A stretch of DNA of 63,567 bases, the filler included. It is 5 parts of 5 records of this genome, joined end to end, with 100 filler letters (N's around TTAATTAATTAA, not from the genome) between each part and the next. Parts side by side here need not be neighbours in the genome. Positions count along the whole stretch, not along the records: positions 57,976 to 63,567 come from DRR723986_2349; 4 more parts are not named here. One strand, written 5' to 3'. Made by a program: the position numbers and the translations under genes. Of the stretch, positions 59,859 through 63,567 are shown piece after piece (the stretch's first letter is position 1; each line of letters begins with the position of its first letter). The notes under the pieces were generated by a model, which worked only from the letters and a program-made list of their open reading frames with translations, was not told where the DNA came from and did no database searches.

Positions 59859-61083
59859 CTTTCATCAGAACGGAAATATCGCACAATTTCATAATCTTCG
59901 GCAGCGGCCCATCGAGGAATTGATCTACGAGATCGAGACCTTCGCGCAGACCCGCAAGATCACGCTGGTGCTCCCCTCGCTGTTTTCCGAACTCGAAGGG
60001 CCGGCGCTGGGCAACATCCTCGACGAGTTGAGCCAGGTCTCTTACCTGCACCGCATCATCATCGGGCTGGACCGGGCCGACGAGACGCAGTTCCGCCGGG
60101 CGCGGGATTTCTTCGCCCGCCTGCCGCAGAACCACGTGGTGATCTGGAACGACAGCCCGCGCATGAAGGCCTTGGAAGAAAGGCTTATGGATCATGGGCT
60201 TGCCCCCGAGGAGCCGGGCAAGGGCAAGAACATGTGGACCTGCATGGGCTACCTGATCTCCTGTCAGGACAGCGCCGTGATGGCGCTGCACGATTGCGAC
60301 ATCGTCACCTACGAGCGCGAGATGCTGGCGCGGCTGGTCTATCCGGTGGTCAATCCGAATTTCCGCTACCAGCTGTCCAAGGGCTTCTACCCGCGCATCG
60401 GCGACGGCAAGCTGAACGGGCGGGTGACGCGGCTTCTGGTCTCGCCGCTGCTGATCGCGCTGAAGAAGGTGGTGGGCGACCGCGATTACATCGACTACCT
60501 GCGGGCCTTCCGTTACCCGCTGTCGGGGGAGTTCGCGCTGCGCACCTCGCTGCTGCCGGACCTGCGAATCCCCTCGGACTGGGGGCTGGAAATCGGTGTT
60601 TTGTCAGAGGTTTGGCGCAATCTCGGGCGACATTCCGTCTGCCAGGTCGAGATCTCGGACGCCTATGACCACAAGCATCAGGACGTCAGCGAGTCGGATG
60701 CCAAGAGCGGGCTGAACCGCATGTCCACCGACATCTGCAAGGCGATCTTCCGCAAGCTCGCCGCCGACGGGACGGTGTTCACGGCGAACTCCTTCCGGGC
60801 GCTGAAGGCGACCTATTACCGGACGGCGCTGGACCTGCTGGAGTTCTACGACAACGACGCCAAGATGAACGGGCTGAAGCTGGACCGGCACGGCGAGGAG
60901 AAGACCATCGAGCTGTTCGCCGAGAACATCATGGTGGCGGGGCACACGTTTCTGGCCAAGCCGAACGAGGCGCCCTTCATCCCGAACTGGAGCCGGGTGA
61001 ACGCGGCCGATCCGGCGCTGGTCGCCGAGTTGAAGGCGGCGGTGGCGGCGGATGAGGCGGAATTCGCGCCGCTGCCGTTTTGA
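59851..61083 (+). CDS. gpgS: Glucosyl-3-phosphoglycerate synthase
   Basis: MADFHQNG, LPSLFSELEGPAL, GKGKN.W, HDCDI, GRVTRL, YPLSGEF, DWGLEIG, YDHKHQ. Confidence 0.88.
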   Translation: MADFHQNGNIAQFHNLRQRPIEELIYEIETFAQTRKITLVLPSLFSELEGPALGNILDELSQVSYLHRIIIGLDRADETQFRRARDFFARLPQNHVVIWNDSPRMKALEERLMDHGLAPEEPGKGKNMWTCMGYLISCQDSAVMALHDCDIVTYEREMLARLVYPVVNPNFRYQLSKGFYPRIGDGKLNGRVTRLLVSPLLIALKKVVGDRDYIDYLRAFRYPLSGEFALRTSLLPDLRIPSDWGLEIGVLSEVWRNLGRHSVCQVEISDAYDHKHQDVSESDAKSGLNRMSTDICKAIFRKLAADGTVFTANSFRALKATYYRTALDLLEFYDNDAKMNGLKLDRHGEEKTIELFAENIMVAGHTFLAKPNEAPFIPNWSRVNAADPALVAELKAAVAADEAEFAPLPF

Positions 61084-61129
61084 TGAAGCGGCGTTGACCT
61101 TTGGGCCTGTATCAACGGAGCGGTCGGTG

Positions 61130-61315
61130 GGGTTGACGGGGCGCGCGGACCTTCGGCAACCGCCATGGCTGGTGTCCGGGCGGCCCGGGACCACAAGGCG
61201 GAAGGGTTCGGCAAGCTTGGTTGACGCGCCTCAAGGGGTGAACCGGCCGGTTCGCGGGGCCGTTCCGGCCGGTTTGCGCCTCTGGCCGTGTCCTGCGCGG
61301 GAAATTTGGTTAACG
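61130..61315 (+). repeat. Dispersed ~190-bp non-coding element, copy 2
   Basis: Core 61221-61279 matches the reverse complement of 39299-39357 at 52/59; flanking GTTRAC motifs at matching spacing. Confidence 0.75.
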
Positions 61316-61597
61316 GGCGGAGATGTCGCAGCCTGCCGCCCCGGATTGCCGCAGCCCGTCGCAGCCGCTTCGCACGGCCCGCGCCACCGATCCACATCCC
61401 CAAGGCGCACCCGTTCCGGCCGGATCGCGGGATCGGATCCCTCCCGCGCGGAAAGGCCGGGCAAGGGGCGAAGGGGTCGCAGTCTGCCGTCCCCTTGCGG
61501 GGCTGCCCGGGCCATCGAACCCCGTCCCGAACGCGCGGTGGCCGGTGGCAGGCCGCGGCGCCGGTCCCTTCCCGGTCATCGCCCGACGGCTTGCGGT

Positions 61598-61621
61598 GGA
61601 AGGGCCTTCGAAGGCCCTTCC
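61598..61621. repeat. Perfect 24-bp palindrome (REP-like or terminator-like hairpin)
   Basis: GGAAGGGCCTTCGAAGGCCCTTCC, 11 nt downstream of the phosphorylase stop codon. Confidence 0.7.
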
Positions 61622-61632
61622 CCGCGCCCGGC

Positions 61633-63393
61633 TCAGCGGTTGGTGATCCAGCGGCACTGGTAGGGGGCGAGGGTCACGCCGTCCTCCTCGGGGTGGAGCG
61701 TCTCGCCCGACAGCAGGTCCACCCATGTCTCGTCCGCGATCAGGTTCAGCGCCTCGGGGGCGAGGTCCACCGTCTCGGCGCTGACGTTGTGCAGGGCAAA
61801 GATCGACTGGCCGCGGTCGATCGACTGGCGCCAGACGCAGAACAGGCGGTCGTCCACGGTCAGGGTGAAGTTCGTGGCGTTCGGATGGAAGGCGGGTTGC
61901 TTCGCGCGGATCTTCAGCCGGTCCGAGAGGGCGGTGAGCACGCGGGACTGGTCGCTTTCGGGATCGTCCAGACGCGCGCGCAACTCTGTGTAGTCCCAGC
62001 GGTGGCGGTTGATCGCACGGTTCATGCCGCGCCGTTCCACGCCCTCGGTGTCGTTGGGCGTGCCCAGCATGGCGTGGATGTAGAAGGCCGGCACCCCTTC
62101 GAGCGACATCACGATGGTCTGCGAGCAGAGGAAGCGCGGCACCTGCAAGCCGTCCTCGCCCCGGTAGGTCTTGCGCACCGCCGAGAAGAAGGTGGCGTTC
62201 AGCTCGTAGACGGCGGTGCCGCCATTGGGCAGCGCGCGCATGGAGGCGAGGCCGCCGCCCGATTGCACGGTGCGGATCATCCGGGCGATCTCTTCGTCCG
62301 GCAGAAGGCCCTCGGCGGGGCGCATCCCGATGCCGTCGTGGCTGGCGGAGAAGTTGAGATAGGCGCAGCCGTGCGGCGCGGGCGGCATGGCGCGCTGCCA
62401 CTTCGACAGCGAGACCGCGTTGCCCGAGAGCATGGCGTGCAGGATCAGCGGCGGCAGCGGGAAGTTGTAGATCCAATGCGCCTCGTTCAGCTGGCCGAAG
62501 TAGGACAGGTTCTCGGCCTTGGGCACGTTGGTCTCGGTCAGCAGGATCACGGGCTCGGCGGCGAAATCCGCCAGCACCCGCAGAAGCTGCACGATGGCGT
62601 GGGTCTTGGGCAGGTGGATGGACGGCGTGCCCGGTTCCTTCCAGACGAAGGCCACGGCGTCCAGACGGACGATCTTCACCCCCATGTCGATATGCAGGCG
62701 GATGATGCGCAGGATCTCCAGCAGCACCTCGGGGTTGCGGAAGTCGAGGTCGACCTGATCGTGGGAGAAGGTGCACCAGACGTGTTTGAGCCCGTTCGCG
62801 GTTTCCACCTCCTGCAGAAGCGGCGTGGTGCGCGGGCGGACCACCATGGAGAGGTCGTCGTCGGGCGAGGCCTCGAAGAAGAACCTGTCGTAGGGCTCCT
62901 GCCCCTGCCGGTAGGCGTTGAACCATGTGCCCTGACTGCTGACGTGGTTCAGCACGAGGTCGGACATCAGGTTGAACTCTTCGCCGATGCGCTGGATGTC
63001 CGGCCAGTCCCCCAGCGCCGGGTTCACCTTGCGGTAGTCGGTCACCGCGAAGCCGTCGTCCGAGGTGAAGGGGAAGAAGGGCAGGATATGCACCCCGTTC
63101 ACCGTGCCCTTCATGTAGCTGTCGAGGAAGTCGCGCAGCAGGTCGAGCGGCTTGTAGACGCCGTCCATCAGGCTGTCACCGTAGGTGATGAGCAGCGCGT
63201 CCTTCTGCGACCAGAGCGCGTTGCCGGGCTTGCGCGTGCGGCGACGCCACGAGCGGTCGGGCCAGAAGGCCTCGAGCACCCGCGCCAGCAGCGCGTCGCT
63301 GTCCTGCTCGGGGTAGAGGCGCATCAGAAGCGCCCTCAGACGGGTGTCGAGGGCGGAGGGGGCGGGGGCTGGCATCGGGTCCGGCTGGGTCAT
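61633..63393 (-). CDS. GH13_18 sugar phosphorylase, probably glucosylglycerate phosphorylase
   Basis: LITYGDS, HILPFFP..SDDGF, RLDAVAF, LTETNVP, ASHDGIG, VYELN; adjacent to gpgP-gpgS. Confidence 0.85.
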   Translation of the reverse strand: MTQPDPMPAPAPSALDTRLRALLMRLYPEQDSDALLARVLEAFWPDRSWRRRTRKPGNALWSQKDALLITYGDSLMDGVYKPLDLLRDFLDSYMKGTVNGVHILPFFPFTSDDGFAVTDYRKVNPALGDWPDIQRIGEEFNLMSDLVLNHVSSQGTWFNAYRQGQEPYDRFFFEASPDDDLSMVVRPRTTPLLQEVETANGLKHVWCTFSHDQVDLDFRNPEVLLEILRIIRLHIDMGVKIVRLDAVAFVWKEPGTPSIHLPKTHAIVQLLRVLADFAAEPVILLTETNVPKAENLSYFGQLNEAHWIYNFPLPPLILHAMLSGNAVSLSKWQRAMPPAPHGCAYLNFSASHDGIGMRPAEGLLPDEEIARMIRTVQSGGGLASMRALPNGGTAVYELNATFFSAVRKTYRGEDGLQVPRFLCSQTIVMSLEGVPAFYIHAMLGTPNDTEGVERRGMNRAINRHRWDYTELRARLDDPESDQSRVLTALSDRLKIRAKQPAFHPNATNFTLTVDDRLFCVWRQSIDRGQSIFALHNVSAETVDLAPEALNLIADETWVDLLSGETLHPEEDGVTLAPYQCRWITNR

Positions 63394-63541
63394 GGCGCCG
63401 AGTCTATACGGTTGAAACCGCAGGTAAAGCATCGCTGGGGGGCTGGCGCACCCCGGGTGGTGGGTTTGCGGGGGGTGCGGGGCGGCGGGTGCTCAGGGAT
63501 TGGGCAGCGGCGGGCGGTCGTGCCTGGGGCGGGGGGAGGAA

Positions 63542-63567
63542 CCGGGGCGCTGCCCCGGACCCCGAGG
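63542..63567. repeat. Start of a REP-like palindromic repeat at the contig end
   Basis: CCGGGGC-gct-GCCCCGG-ACCCCG; from memory it resembles an abundant Rhodobacterales intergenic repeat (not verified). Confidence 0.5.

Noticed and set aside
61633..63393. Call as sucrose phosphorylase
   Set aside because: TETN and YELN motifs plus gpgS/gpgP adjacency point to glucosylglycerate phosphorylase.

Overview
The window is five separate Rhodobacterales-like (alphaproteobacterial) contigs joined by artificial 100-nt linkers (44 N + TTAATTAATTAA + 44 N), so gene order across linkers is meaningless. Contig 1 (1-25489) is a catabolic/transport region: two TRAP transporters, a GMC oxidoreductase, a D-amino-acid dehydrogenase, an enolase-superfamily cycloisomerase-like enzyme, a ThDP enzyme, an Asp/Glu racemase, glutaryl-CoA dehydrogenase with an aminotransferase, four regulators, and a polyamine ABC/gamma-glutamylation operon ending in a SAM methyltransferase. 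Contig 2 (25590-37414) is mostly housekeeping (IOR-family, argE, M29 aminopeptidase, LysR, ychF, trpA, argC, ZIP, MaoC, lldD, ThDP enzyme) and has visibly more A/T-ending codons. Contig 3 (37515-43345) has an atypical desaturase with ArsR, nusB-ribH-ribB, two tandem zinc-ribbon paralogs and rlmB. Contig 4 (43446-57875) is an exosortase D / VPLPA-CTERM exopolysaccharide locus with a deacetylase, ATP-grasp, PHP-hydrolase and GT2 accessory module. Contig 5 (57976-63567) has phaC plus glucosylglycerate synthesis (gpgP-gpgS) and a GH13_18 phosphorylase. The most notable unexplained signals are a ~190-bp non-coding element shared by contigs 3 and 5, a covarying palindromic repeat shared by contigs 1 and 5, the twin zinc-ribbon genes and the EPS-tailoring module. 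No CRISPR array, rRNA, complete tRNA, transposase or prophage was seen. All calls come from reading motifs by eye; no database searches were run.
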